Below, piece by piece: positions 48,319 through 58,104 of a DNA stretch of 64,000 nt (the stretch's first letter is position 1; every line of letters starts with the position of its first letter). The position numbers were made by a program, and so were the translations under genes. The notes beneath the pieces were generated by a model. It was given only the letters and a program-made list of their open reading frames with translations. It was not told the origin of the DNA and did not search any database. Source of the DNA: Terriglobia bacterium. GTDB lineage: Bacteria; Acidobacteriota; Terriglobia; JAJPHL01; JAPKYU01. The stretch is taken from assembly GCA_965223005.1 (NCBI GenBank), contig CBDCVK010000010.1:576001-640000 (forward strand), in the 5' to 3' direction.

Positions 48319-50949
48319 TCATTTGGCGTCGCGCCAGTTGTCGCCCACGCCGACGTCGGCCACCAGGGGCACCGAAAGGGCTGCGACTTGCTCCATTGCC
48401 CGCTTCACCAAGCTGCGCGCGGCTTCTACCTCCTCAGGCGGCGATTCCAGCAACAGCTCGTCGTGGACCTGAAGCAGCATCCGCGCACGCAGCCCCTGGC
48501 CTGCCAGCTCGTCGCGGATGCGGATCATCGCCACCTTGATCAGGTCAGCGGCGGTACCTTGCAGCGGAGTGTTAATGGCGGTCCGCTCGGCAAAGCCACG
48601 CTGCTGCGCGTTGCGGCTGTTGATTTCCGGGATCGGTCGCAGCCGGCCGTACAGCGTCCGCACAACACCCGAGCGACGCACCTCTTCCAGGCATTTATCA
48701 ATGTAGCGGCGAACGCCGGCGTAAGTGGCGAAGTAATGGTCAATGAACTGCTGCGCCTCCGACTGCTCGATTCCAAGCTGCTGCGAGAGGCCAAATGCGC
48801 TGAGGCCGTAAACGATGCCGAAATTGACAGCCTTGGCGCGACGGCGGTGCTCGCCGGTCTGCAACAGAGGCGGCACGCCGAACACCAGCTCGGCGGTTCG
48901 CGAATGGATGTCCTGATTTTGACGGAAGGCTTCCAGCAGCACCGGGTCCTGGGAGAAGTGGGCCAGCAAGCGCAGCTCGATCTGCGAGTAGTCGGCCGAG
49001 AGAATCTTCCATCCCGGCTCGGGTAGGAACGCAGCGCGAATCCGCCGTCCCAGTTCGGTGCGAATGGGAATGTTCTGCAAGTTCGGGTCGCGCGAGGAGA
49101 GCCGGCCGGTGGCCGTGCCCGCCTGGTCGAACGTGGTGTGGATGCGGCCGGTGCGCGGGTTCACCAGCTTGGGCAGCGCGTCGATGTAGGTGTTCTTCAG
49201 CTTGGTGAGCTGGCGAAATTCCAGCACCTTCCGCGGCACTTCGTGCGCCTCGGCCAGCTCTTCCAGCACGTCCACGGCGGTCGAGTAGACCTTGCCCTTG
49301 CCGTACTTGCGCGGCGCCGGCAGCTTGAGCTGTTCGAACAGCACCTTGGCGAGCTGCTGTGGAGAATTAATGTTGAATTCGGCACCGCTGAGTTTATGAA
49401 TTTCCGCCGTCAGCGTCTCAATCTGCCGGGCCAGTTGTTTGGAAAGCTCGGCCAGTTGGCGCGTATCCACACGCACGCCCACCTCTTCCATCTTGGCCAG
49501 CACCGGCGTCAGAGGCAGCTCGATTTCCTCGTAGACTGGCCGGAGACCGGCCTGCTCCACCTCCGGGGCCAGCAAGCGGGCAAGCTGGCCCAATACGTCG
49601 GCACGCTCCGCCGGGCTGCCGCTCAGGCGCGCGCCGAAACGACGCTTGGCCACCTCTTCCAGCGTGTAGTTGCCCTGGGCGGGATCCAGCAAGTAGGAAT
49701 AGAGCAGCGTGTCATCGCGCACCCCGCGCAGCGCCATGCCCCGCGCGCGCAAGGCGTGGATCGCCGCTTTGGCGTCACACACCGCCTTGAACCTCTCATC
49801 TGATTCCAGCCAGGCTCGAGCGGCGGGAAGCAGCCGCTCGGGGATCATCCGTGCCAGGCCGGCCTGGGGCGAGACCGCAAGCCCCGGACCGAACCGGATC
49901 TGGCCTTCCTCACCGGCTTCCAGGGCCAGCGGCAGCGCTACTTCCAGCGCAACTTCGAGCGCAGATGGCAGCGCGGTCCCAGCGGGCAGCTTCTGAAGAA
50001 ACTCGGCCACCTCCGCCTCACTCGAAAGTTCAGAGTGATCTCTCTCCCGGACCTCGAGCGCCGGCAACAACTCCTGCGCCAGGCTGTGCAATTCCAGTTC
50101 CTTGTAGAGCTGCTGGAGGGCAACCTTGTCGGGAGGCCGAGTGGCGATGGCCTCCAGCTCCAGGCTGACTGGCACAGCCGTCTCAATCGTGGCCAGCTTC
50201 TTGCTGAGCAGGATCTGGTCGCGATACTTCTCGAGGGACTCGCGGTAGGTCTTTCGCCCCACCTCCTTGGCACGCTGCAGAGCCTCCTCCACCGAGCCGA
50301 AGTGCTGGATCAGCTCGCGCGAGCCCTTCTCGCCGATTCCCGGTGCCCCGGGGATGTTGTCGATGGCATCGCCGCGCAGGGCCATCACGTCCGGTACCCG
50401 CCAGGGGGGCACGCCCAGCAACTCCTCGACCTTGGCCGCATCGCAAACCAGATCGTCTTTGGTGGGAATCAGGACGCGGACCAAGCCGGGGCTCTCTCCT
50501 CCGTTGGAGGTGACCAGTTGCAGCATGTCTTTGTCGCTGGAGACGATAGTGACCTCCAGCCCGGCCTGCGCCCCCTGCACCGCCAGCGCCCCGATCAGGT
50601 CGTCAGCTTCGTAGCCGGCAAACTCCAGGATGGGAATGTGCAGCGCTTCCAGCAGCCGCCGGATGTAGGGAATCTGTTGCACCAGTTCGGAAGGCATTTC
50701 AGCCCGGTTGGCTTTGTAGTCAGCAAACAGCGCGTCACGGAAGGTAGGCGCGGCTACGTCAAACACACCCGTGACGTAATCGGGCTGATGCGCCGCCAGT
50801 AGCTTGCGAAGCATGTTGTGGAGCACGAAGACCGCTCCCGTAGGCAAGCCCGCGCGCGTGTAGAAGCGTTGTGTCTGTGGCTGGTGGTAGGCCCGGAAAA
50901 TGTAGTTCATCGAGTCGATCAGGAACAGCCGCCTACGACTCGCTTCCAT
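48319..50949 (-). CDS. polA: DNA polymerase I
   Basis: 'EADD', 'TGRLSS.DPNLQNIP', 'DYSQIELR', 'KAVNFGIVYG', 'QVHDEL'. Confidence 0.98.
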   Translation of the reverse strand: MEASRRRLFLIDSMNYIFRAYHQPQTQRFYTRAGLPTGAVFVLHNMLRKLLAAHQPDYVTGVFDVAAPTFRDALFADYKANRAEMPSELVQQIPYIRRLLEALHIPILEFAGYEADDLIGALAVQGAQAGLEVTIVSSDKDMLQLVTSNGGESPGLVRVLIPTKDDLVCDAAKVEELLGVPPWRVPDVMALRGDAIDNIPGAPGIGEKGSRELIQHFGSVEEALQRAKEVGRKTYRESLEKYRDQILLSKKLATIETAVPVSLELEAIATRPPDKVALQQLYKELELHSLAQELLPALEVRERDHSELSSEAEVAEFLQKLPAGTALPSALEVALEVALPLALEAGEEGQIRFGPGLAVSPQAGLARMIPERLLPAARAWLESDERFKAVCDAKAAIHALRARGMALRGVRDDTLLYSYLLDPAQGNYTLEEVAKRRFGARLSGSPAERADVLGQLARLLAPEVEQAGLRPVYEEIELPLTPVLAKMEEVGVRVDTRQLAELSKQLARQIETLTAEIHKLSGAEFNINSPQQLAKVLFEQLKLPAPRKYGKGKVYSTAVDVLEELAEAHEVPRKVLEFRQLTKLKNTYIDALPKLVNPRTGRIHTTFDQAGTATGRLSSRDPNLQNIPIRTELGRRIRAAFLPEPGWKILSADYSQIELRLLAHFSQDPVLLEAFRQNQDIHSRTAELVFGVPPLLQTGEHRRRAKAVNFGIVYGLSAFGLSQQLGIEQSEAQQFIDHYFATYAGVRRYIDKCLEEVRRSGVVRTLYGRLRPIPEINSRNAQQRGFAERTAINTPLQGTAADLIKVAMIRIRDELAGQGLRARMLLQVHDELLLESPPEEVEAARSLVKRAMEQVAALSVPLVADVGVGDNWRDAK

Positions 50950-51010
50950 GCGGAAATTCTAGCACGCCGACACGCAGGACTCCGGTTGACGGCGGCAGAG
51001 GACAGATCGC

Positions 51011-51424
51011 ATGCTCGCAGCCGCGATGGACGGTGAAACCACGCCCGCGCCTGGAACTCCGACGAACCTTCCCGCGGTGCGCATCATCTACTTTGCGCTC
51101 GTGGGCGCCGTGTTGATCTATGGCGGGCTCATCCAAATGGTCCTACCGCCGGGGGGTGCGAAAGTCCCCTACCCGGTGGGGGAAGTGATTCTGGGCGTGG
51201 CGTTGCTGACCGCGGCGGCAGCGCTGTTCGTACGCTACCGCCTGGCAGCCGCAGCGACTCCGGTTCGCGCGCTCAATCTCTATGTACTCAGCTTTGCCCT
51301 TTCGGAAGCCCCGGCCATCTTCGGCCTGGTGCTGCACTTCCTGGGCGGCAGCCGCGGGGTGGCTTTTGGCTTGGTTTTCACTTCTCTCGCGGTACTCTTC
51401 CTTTGTTACCCGCGCAGGGCCTAG
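51011..51424 (+). CDS. Small hypothetical membrane protein
   Basis: About four hydrophobic segments, 'ALSEAPAIFGLV'. Confidence 0.7.
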   Translation: MLAAAMDGETTPAPGTPTNLPAVRIIYFALVGAVLIYGGLIQMVLPPGGAKVPYPVGEVILGVALLTAAAALFVRYRLAAAATPVRALNLYVLSFALSEAPAIFGLVLHFLGGSRGVAFGLVFTSLAVLFLCYPRRA

Positions 51425-51643
51425 ATCCGCGGCCGCACTCGGAAACGAAGCTGTGTCCAAGAGCCAAACTGTGTCGTAGATGCCGCAGTCTGAGTCGACA
51501 AGTGTGGCTAAAACGCAACAGTAAGCGCCCATGGTTAGTTCTATTAACCTTTTGTATACAAATGGATTAGTTTGTTTTTGCGAAACGGCCTGCGGTTTGC
51601 TAACCTGTGCGTGCCCCCGGGTGGAGTCGGGGTTGGACCGCCC

Positions 51644-52558
51644 TTGCACAGGCAGACCACAATCCGCAACCCGGTTGAGGTTTCAGGAATTGGCCTGCAT
51701 AGCGCCGCCCGCGTAAACCTGCGCATCCTTCCCGCCGCTACGGGCCGTGGCATCGTCTTCCGGCGTACAGACCTGGAAAATTTCGAGATTGAAGCGAGCT
51801 GGAAGCACGTGGCGCGCGTCAGCTACGCCACCAGCCTGATGAAGAAGGGCGTGCTCATCTCGACCACCGAGCACTTGCTGTCGGCGCTGCTCGGCTGCGG
51901 GGTGGACAACGCGATCCTTGAGATTGACTCACTGGAGTTGCCGATCCTGGATGGCAGCGCCATGCCCTTCGTGGAGATGATCCAGCGGGCCGGCCTACGG
52001 CGCCAGCGCGCCAGGCGCTCCTACCTGCGAGTACTGCGCCCGGCAGAAGTACGCCAGGACGGAAAGCGCATTGGCATCTACCCGGCCGACACCTACCGCC
52101 TGAGCTGCACGATTGACTTCCCTCATCCGCTGATTGGCCGCCAGAACTTCGACTTGGAACTAACCCCAGAGAACTACGTGCGCGACATTGTGCCCGCCCG
52201 AACCTTCGGCTTTCTGCGAGACGTGGACGCGCTGCGGAACATGGGCCTGATCCGGGGCGCTTCGCTGGACAGCGCGCTGGTGCTGACGGATGCCGGTCTG
52301 CTCAACGGCAGCGGGCTTCGCTTCCCCGACGAATTCTGCCGCCATAAGTTGCTGGACCTGATCGGTGATCTGGCGCTCATCGGCCGCCCCCTGCTGGGAC
52401 ACGTCATCGCCGAACGGGCTGGCCACCAGATGCACGTGGTTCTGGTGGATCGCTTGATGCGCGACCGTTCGCTGTGGGAGGAAGTGGTCATCGAGGATTC
52501 GCCGCCCCCCGTGGCCGCCGCGGCGGCTGCGAGCGCCACACTTTCCCCCCGCCTATAG
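51644..52558 (+). CDS. lpxC: UDP-3-O-acyl-GlcNAc deacetylase
   Basis: 'GIGLHS', 'TTEHLLSAL', 'ARTFGF', 'HKLLDLIGDL'. Confidence 0.97.
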   Translation: MHRQTTIRNPVEVSGIGLHSAARVNLRILPAATGRGIVFRRTDLENFEIEASWKHVARVSYATSLMKKGVLISTTEHLLSALLGCGVDNAILEIDSLELPILDGSAMPFVEMIQRAGLRRQRARRSYLRVLRPAEVRQDGKRIGIYPADTYRLSCTIDFPHPLIGRQNFDLELTPENYVRDIVPARTFGFLRDVDALRNMGLIRGASLDSALVLTDAGLLNGSGLRFPDEFCRHKLLDLIGDLALIGRPLLGHVIAERAGHQMHVVLVDRLMRDRSLWEEVVIEDSPPPVAAAAAASATLSPRL

Positions 52559-52665
52559 CTGCCGCGAGCCTGCCGGCCCGTCCTCCCAAACAGAATGGCG
52601 CTTCGCGAAGGGACGTAGCTGCCCCCGGAGAAACAGCCACTCCCGGCGCGGCCTCCGTACTTGGG

Positions 52666-52962
52666 TTACTTCTTGGGCGGAGCGACCGCGTCCTTAGCGG
52701 CCTTGGCCAGGTAGAACTTCACCGTGGTCTTAGCCGGAATCTTGATGGTCTCGCCGGTGGCGGGGTTGCGGCCCATGCGCGCCTTCCGCTGCACCTTCTT
52801 CATCCGGCCTAGGCCGGGCAGAACGAAGATGCCGCCCCGTTTGGTCTGTTGGACTGCCAGATCCACCAACGAATCGAGGAACTCGTGCGCTGCCTTATTT
52901 GTGAGTCCATTCTTCTCTGCCAGATGCCGGACCACCTGGCTCTGCGTCATTCGAGCTGCCAT
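52666..52962 (-). CDS. hup: HU-family DNA-binding protein
   Basis: 'RKARMGRNPATGETIKIPAKTTVKF'. Confidence 0.95.
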   Translation of the reverse strand: MAARMTQSQVVRHLAEKNGLTNKAAHEFLDSLVDLAVQQTKRGGIFVLPGLGRMKKVQRKARMGRNPATGETIKIPAKTTVKFYLAKAAKDAVAPPKK

Positions 52963-53036
52963 ATTCCTCCTTCAATTGTTCCTGAGCGAGAACAACTATC
53001 ATACGGAAAACAGACGCCCCGGTAAAGCCGACAATA

Positions 53037-54272
53037 CTACATCGGCGCTTCGATAGGCTGGGGCCGAAGCACCCCCAGCATCCGTTGCAAGATCGGGGGG
53101 ACCATCAAGGTCGTCACTACGGCCATGGCGACCAGGACGGAATAAAGCGTGCCGGAGAGGACACCGACGGTCAGCCCCAGTTGCGCCACAATAATGCCGA
53201 CCTCGCCTCGCGGGATCATGCCTACACCAATCGTCGTCGCGTCGCGCCACCCGAGGCGCGCGGCCCCCAGGCCGCAGCCCACCAGCTTGGTGGTCGCCGC
53301 GGCCACAATCAGCAACAGGGCGAACAGCAGCGCGCTGGGCTCGCTAAAGAACTCTCGGCTCACGCGCATGCCAATATCAACGAAAAAAAACGGCATCAAT
53401 AACTCGCCGATGGCGTGCATGTGGGTGTCCAGATCCGACTCGCGGCTATAGTCGGAAAGCAGCAGGCCGGCCATAAAGGCGCCAATAATGGCAGCGATGC
53501 CGATGTGGTTGGCCAGGTAAGAGAGACCCAGCATCAGCACCAGGGCAAAAACGAACATGGCATGTTCCAGGTGCAGCCGGTGCACCAGCGGCACCAACCG
53601 GCGGATCCATCGAAACCCCACAAGAACCAGGAAGCCAGTGAAGCCGAAGGCCAGTCCGGCAGTCGCGATCAACTGCGCGTAGTGAACCGAGCCGCCGGCC
53701 AGGCCGCTGACTAAGGCCAGCACAATCAGGGCCAGGATGTCGTCAATGACCGCGGCTCCCAAAATCACCCGGGCCATCCGCGTTTTCAAATGTCCCAGGC
53801 TCTGCAAGACCCGGGCAGTGATGCCCACGCTGGTAGCCACCAGGGCCGCGCCGACAAAAATGGATTCCAGGCTCGAATAGCCCCAGGCCAGCGCCAGCAG
53901 CCATCCGGCGAAAAACGGCAGCACGACGCCGAGAACAGCCACTTTAATCGCTGTGCCTCCCACCTCGAACAGCTCTCTGGGCTTGACTTCCAGGCCAACA
54001 TTAAACAGAAGAAACATCACACCCAGTTCCGCCAGCGCGAAGGTGACTTCCGAAGGTCCCACCCAGCCCAGCAGTGCCGGCCCGATGAACACTCCAGCCA
54101 GGATTTCCCCCACCAGCCCCGGTTGACTGAACCGCTGGAAGATTTCTGCCAGCAACTTAGCCGAGACGAAAATGAGGAACAGCGTGAAGAGCAGGTCTGT
54201 CTCCTGACCTGCGGAAAACAGCGCAAAACAAGCCACGCCAGAATCCATAGTGAAAAAGGGCGACGCGAACAT
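53037..54272 (-). CDS. Cation:proton antiporter (CPA2, NapA-like)
   Basis: 'GEILAGV.IGP', 'GAAVIDDI', 'MIPRGEV'. Confidence 0.92.
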   Translation of the reverse strand: MFASPFFTMDSGVACFALFSAGQETDLLFTLFLIFVSAKLLAEIFQRFSQPGLVGEILAGVFIGPALLGWVGPSEVTFALAELGVMFLLFNVGLEVKPRELFEVGGTAIKVAVLGVVLPFFAGWLLALAWGYSSLESIFVGAALVATSVGITARVLQSLGHLKTRMARVILGAAVIDDILALIVLALVSGLAGGSVHYAQLIATAGLAFGFTGFLVLVGFRWIRRLVPLVHRLHLEHAMFVFALVLMLGLSYLANHIGIAAIIGAFMAGLLLSDYSRESDLDTHMHAIGELLMPFFFVDIGMRVSREFFSEPSALLFALLLIVAAATTKLVGCGLGAARLGWRDATTIGVGMIPRGEVGIIVAQLGLTVGVLSGTLYSVLVAMAVVTTLMVPPILQRMLGVLRPQPIEAPM

Positions 54273-54425
54273 GCCGCGTCATTGTGTACAAAATTCCTGT
54301 CTGCGCGCAACACCTTTGCGGCTGCCCGCAAGTCGAGCCGGCAGGCCTGCGGAATCCTTGAGCACCCACCCCGGCGCTGATAAACTGCCGCATGCAAAGT
54401 GGTCGCCAGAGATGACGGACTAGAG

Positions 54426-55172
54426 ATGACAGAAAAGAAGCTGCGCGTGTTGCTCGAGCAGGTACGGCGGGGAAAGGTGGACGTGGAAGGAGCCGTTGGG
54501 CAGCTCAAACACCTTCCATTTGAAGACCTAGGGTTCGCCAAGATTGACCACCACCGTGCCCTCCGCCAAGGCATGCCGGAGGTGATCCTGGGGCGCGGCA
54601 AGCAGCCGGAACAGGTGGTGGGTGTGGTGAAGAAGATGCTGCGCGTCTCGCCCAATGTGCTGGTGACGCGCGGCGACGAAGCCCTGTACCGTCGGCTCCG
54701 CAAGGCCATTCCCGCCGCGAAGTTCCACTCCCTTTCCGGCGCCATCACCATCCAACGCGATCACACCATCTACGGGCGCGGCAAGGTGCTGGTGATTTCG
54801 GCGGGCACCTCCGACATCCCGGTAGCCGAAGAAGCGCTAGTGACAGCGCGCGTCATGGGCAACCCTGTGGAGCATCTCTACGACGTCGGAGTGGCGGGCA
54901 TCCACCGGCTGATGGGCAACCGGGACGTTCTGAGTTCGGCCCGCGTAATCATTTGCGTGGCCGGGATGGAAGGTGCGTTGCCCAGCGTAGTGGCCGGGCT
55001 GGTGGCTGTGCCGGTGATTGCCGTACCCACCAGCATTGGCTACGGCTCCAGCTTCCAGGGCTTGGCTGCGCTGCTGGGCATGCTCAACAGCTGCGCCAGC
55101 AATGTCGCCGTGGTCAACATTGACAACGGCTTCGGCGCCGGCTCCGTGGCCAGTATGATCAACCGATTGTGA
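54426..55172 (+). CDS. larB: LarB (PurE-like) nickel-pincer cofactor biosynthesis protein
   Basis: '[13 protein letters not shown]', '[12 protein letters not shown]', '[10 protein letters not shown]', '[10 protein letters not shown]'. Confidence 0.93.
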   Translation: MTEKKLRVLLEQVRRGKVDVEGAVGQLKHLPFEDLGFAKIDHHRALRQGMPEVILGRGKQPEQVVGVVKKMLRVSPNVLVTRGDEALYRRLRKAIPAAKFHSLSGAITIQRDHTIYGRGKVLVISAGTSDIPVAEEALVTARVMGNPVEHLYDVGVAGIHRLMGNRDVLSSARVIICVAGMEGALPSVVAGLVAVPVIAVPTSIGYGSSFQGLAALLGMLNSCASNVAVVNIDNGFGAGSVASMINRL

Positions 55173-55373
55173 TCCACTTGGCAGCCCTCACCGAGTGCGG
55201 CAGCTTTGTGCCGCTTTCCATCTTAATGATTCTTGGCTTAATGACTCTTTGGCTCAATGATTTCTGGGGGCCAGAATCCTGAGGGGTGCCCACGTCTCGC
55301 CGGCTAAACCCTCGCTGGTGTCACGTGGGGGGCGGGCTCTCCGCGGTGTTGGACCGAGGGCGGAACAACACCA

Positions 55374-55820
55374 TCATTCCTCCTGTACCACCTGCAACTT
55401 CAGTGTGGCGCTGACCTCGCGGTGCAGGCGCAGCGGGACTTCGTACTCACCCAGGTGCCTGATCGGCTCTTCCAGGTGGATCTTGCGCCGGTCGATGTGG
55501 TAGCCCTTGGCCTGCAAGGCGTCAGCAACGTCCAGCGAGGTGACCGAGCCGAAGAGCTGGTCCGCTTCGCCGGACTTGCGGGCAACGGTCACGGTAAGGT
55601 CGGCCAACTGGCGGGCGAGTTCCTCAGCCTGGGTGCGCTCATTGGCCTCGTGGCGGGCTGCCGCCGCCTTCTCCTGCTCCACAACCTTCTTGTTGCCCGA
55701 GGTGGCCGGCACCGCTAGTTTGCGTGGCAAAAGGAAATTGCGGGCGTACCCCGAGGCCACATCTACGACCTTGCCGCGCTGGCCCAACTTGGGGACATCG
55801 ACTCGAAGGATCACTTCCAT
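55374..55820 (-). CDS. rplI: 50S ribosomal protein L9
   Basis: 'MEVIL', 'GYARNFLLP', 'LFGSVT'. Confidence 0.97.
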   Translation of the reverse strand: MEVILRVDVPKLGQRGKVVDVASGYARNFLLPRKLAVPATSGNKKVVEQEKAAAARHEANERTQAEELARQLADLTVTVARKSGEADQLFGSVTSLDVADALQAKGYHIDRRKIHLEEPIRHLGEYEVPLRLHREVSATLKLQVVQEE

Positions 55821-55875
55821 GGCACTCTCCCGAGATGGCGAATGGCAGTTGTGCGCCGGGGCAGCCTTGCGCGCC

Positions 55876-56148
55876 TCAGAGCTCGGCGGCGAAAGGAAGT
55901 AGGGCGATGTTCCGCGCCTTCTGGATCGCTTCGCTCAGCCGCCGCTGGTGCGGCGTGCAGACCCCGGAAATGCGCCGGGGGATGATCTTGCCCCGCTCGA
56001 CGACGAACTGGCCAATCAGCCTCACGTCCTTGTAGTTGATGTTGTCAATCCGCTCGACGCAGAACTTGCAAACCTTCCTGCGCCGCGCGTATTGCTTCTT
56101 GACGCCCCCCGGTCTGGCGGGACGGCGTGGATACGCTTGGTTGGGCAT
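55876..56148 (-). CDS. rpsR: 30S ribosomal protein S18 (Zn-binding C+ form)
   Basis: 'RRKVCKFC', 'GKIIPRRISGVC..HQR'. Confidence 0.97.
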   Translation of the reverse strand: MPNQAYPRRPARPGGVKKQYARRRKVCKFCVERIDNINYKDVRLIGQFVVERGKIIPRRISGVCTPHQRRLSEAIQKARNIALLPFAAEL

Positions 56149-56190
56149 GATACCTGCTCTACCTCCAGGGGCCGGACAGAGCCCGCCCCG

Positions 56191-56604
56191 TTACACTGCA
56201 GCCTCGGGCGCCGCCGCGGGCACGGGCGGCGCGGCCGAGGCGCCGCGCGCGACTCCGCGCTTGCCCCGCTTCTCCTTTTTCTCCCGTTTTTGGCGGAGCT
56301 TCTCCAGACGCTTGAGTTCCTGGTCAATCCGCACGGTCAGAAATTTGATGGCAGGCTCGGAGACCTTCAGGACTCGCTCGAACTCACGGACCGTGGGCGG
56401 CTCACATTCCAAGTTAAACAAGACGTAATAGCCCTCGCGGTGGCGCCGCACTTCGTAGGCCAACCGGCGCCGCCCCCACTTCTCTTTGCTTTGGACGGTT
56501 CCCCCAGTGGAAGACACCACGGTTTCCATTTGGGTCAGAAACCGATCCACATCCTCTTCGGTCATGTCCGGTCTGAGGATGAACAGAATCTCGTAAGCGC
56601 GCAT
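56191..56604 (-). CDS. rpsF: 30S ribosomal protein S6
   Basis: 'YEILFILRPD', 'WGRRRLAYE'. Confidence 0.97.
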   Translation of the reverse strand: MRAYEILFILRPDMTEEDVDRFLTQMETVVSSTGGTVQSKEKWGRRRLAYEVRRHREGYYVLFNLECEPPTVREFERVLKVSEPAIKFLTVRIDQELKRLEKLRQKREKKEKRGKRGVARGASAAPPVPAAAPEAAV

Positions 56605-56739
56605 TTTCCCTCAGCTTCTCCAGGCCGCACGCTCGCCGGCGGCCACGCGAGCAACACAGCCTGGTTTGGGCAACCTGCTCACAGGTTGCGGAGGAGCCTA
56701 TCGCCTGTGTTTAGGCTACCGAGCCACGGCCGGCGGCAG

Positions 56740-57336
56740 TCACTCCCCCTGTTTTTCAGCGGCCTGTTCAGGAGGCCGGCGGTTGAACCGGTTCATTGCC
56801 TTCTGCAGGCCTTCGCGCAGGATCAGCAGCACCGCCTCCGCCGCCCTCTCCACTTGCTCATCCACCCGCTTCAACTCCGAACGGCGGTAGGTCCGCAGCA
56901 CGAAGTCCGAGGCGTCGTTCACTGGATGCTCGGGGCCAATGCCCAAGCGCACCCGCAAAAACTCCTGCGTGCCGAGCGCCCCAATAATGGACTCCAGGCC
57001 GTGGTGCCCGCCAGCGCTGCCGTGGGGGCGGATACGCAGTCCCCCCTCCGGCAGGGACAGCTCATCACTGACCACCACCAGCGCCTCCGGAGTCAACTCC
57101 AAAACCTGAAGCAGTTCTCGCACCGCCAGCCCGCTCAAGTTCACGTAGGTGAGGGGCTTGGCCAGCACCACCGATTGCCCCTCCAGCTCGGCGTAAGCCA
57201 GCAGACAGCGCGCCTCGGGCCGTTCGACCCGCGCCCGGGCCGCTTCGGCCAGCCGATCCACCACGAGGAAACCCAGGTTGTGGCGCGTAAACTGGTATTC
57301 GATCCCGGGGTTACCGAGACCGATGATGACGCGCAT
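56740..57336 (-). CDS. pth: Peptidyl-tRNA hydrolase
   Basis: 'GLGNPG..Y..TRHNLGF', 'GSAGGHHG', 'RLGIG'. Confidence 0.96.
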   Translation of the reverse strand: MRVIIGLGNPGIEYQFTRHNLGFLVVDRLAEAARARVERPEARCLLAYAELEGQSVVLAKPLTYVNLSGLAVRELLQVLELTPEALVVVSDELSLPEGGLRIRPHGSAGGHHGLESIIGALGTQEFLRVRLGIGPEHPVNDASDFVLRTYRRSELKRVDEQVERAAEAVLLILREGLQKAMNRFNRRPPEQAAEKQGE

Positions 57337-57375
57337 CTCTCGGCGCGGAAGTCGGCGGCGCGGGAGCCGGCCGGG

Positions 57376-58065
57376 CTATTTCTTCTTGGCCTCGGTGGCT
57401 TCCTCTTCTTCCTCCTCGCCCTTGCCCTTGCGAATGACCTCGGGCTCGGCCGACGCGGCCTCCTCGGACACAACCGCCTCCTCCGCAGGCTTCTCTTCGA
57501 CTTGCCTGGGCGCAACGACGTGCACCACGACCAGCTCGGGGTCAGAGAGAACGCGCACCTTTTCGTCCACCTTGAGGTCCCGCACCCGCACGCTCGTTCC
57601 GATCATCAGCTCGCTGACGTCAGCATGGATACTATCCGGGATGTCGGCGGGGAGGCACTCGACTTCCACCTCGCGCGCCACAAACTCCAGAATGCCGCCC
57701 TGCAGCTTGACGCCCGGAGCCTCTCCCAGGCGGACGACCGGCACGGTGGCCTGCAGTTGCTGGTCCAGCACTATGCGCTTTAAGTCCACATGCAACAGTC
57801 TGCTGTGCACAGGCTCATACTGCCAGTCCACCAGCATGGCCTTGGTGGTTTCGCCGCCCTTGACCTCCACCGTAAGGATCGTGTTCCGTCCGGTCTCCGA
57901 TTCCAGCACGGTCCGCACCTGCCGGGGGTTCAGCGCCACGGCCACGGTCGGCTGGCCGGCCCCGTACAGGACCCCGGGCATATGGCCGCTCTGGCGCAGG
58001 CGTCGGGCCACGTTCTTGCCGGTCTCGGTGCGAGGCTCGGCTTCGATGACCGTCTTGTTCACCAT
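57376..58065 (-). CDS. rplY: 50S ribosomal protein L25/Ctc
   Basis: 'GKNVARRLR', 'PGVLYG', 'LLHVDL', acidic tail. Confidence 0.95.
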   Translation of the reverse strand: MVNKTVIEAEPRTETGKNVARRLRQSGHMPGVLYGAGQPTVAVALNPRQVRTVLESETGRNTILTVEVKGGETTKAMLVDWQYEPVHSRLLHVDLKRIVLDQQLQATVPVVRLGEAPGVKLQGGILEFVAREVEVECLPADIPDSIHADVSELMIGTSVRVRDLKVDEKVRVLSDPELVVVHVVAPRQVEEKPAEEAVVSEEAASAEPEVIRKGKGEEEEEEATEAKKK

Positions 58066-58104
58066 GGCCGCAGGTTCCAAACAGAGAATTTCATGATTGC
58101 AAAC

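Noticed and set aside
54426-55172. Isolated larB as a novel system
   Set aside because: larB, larC and larE are commonly scattered; partners may lie outside the window.
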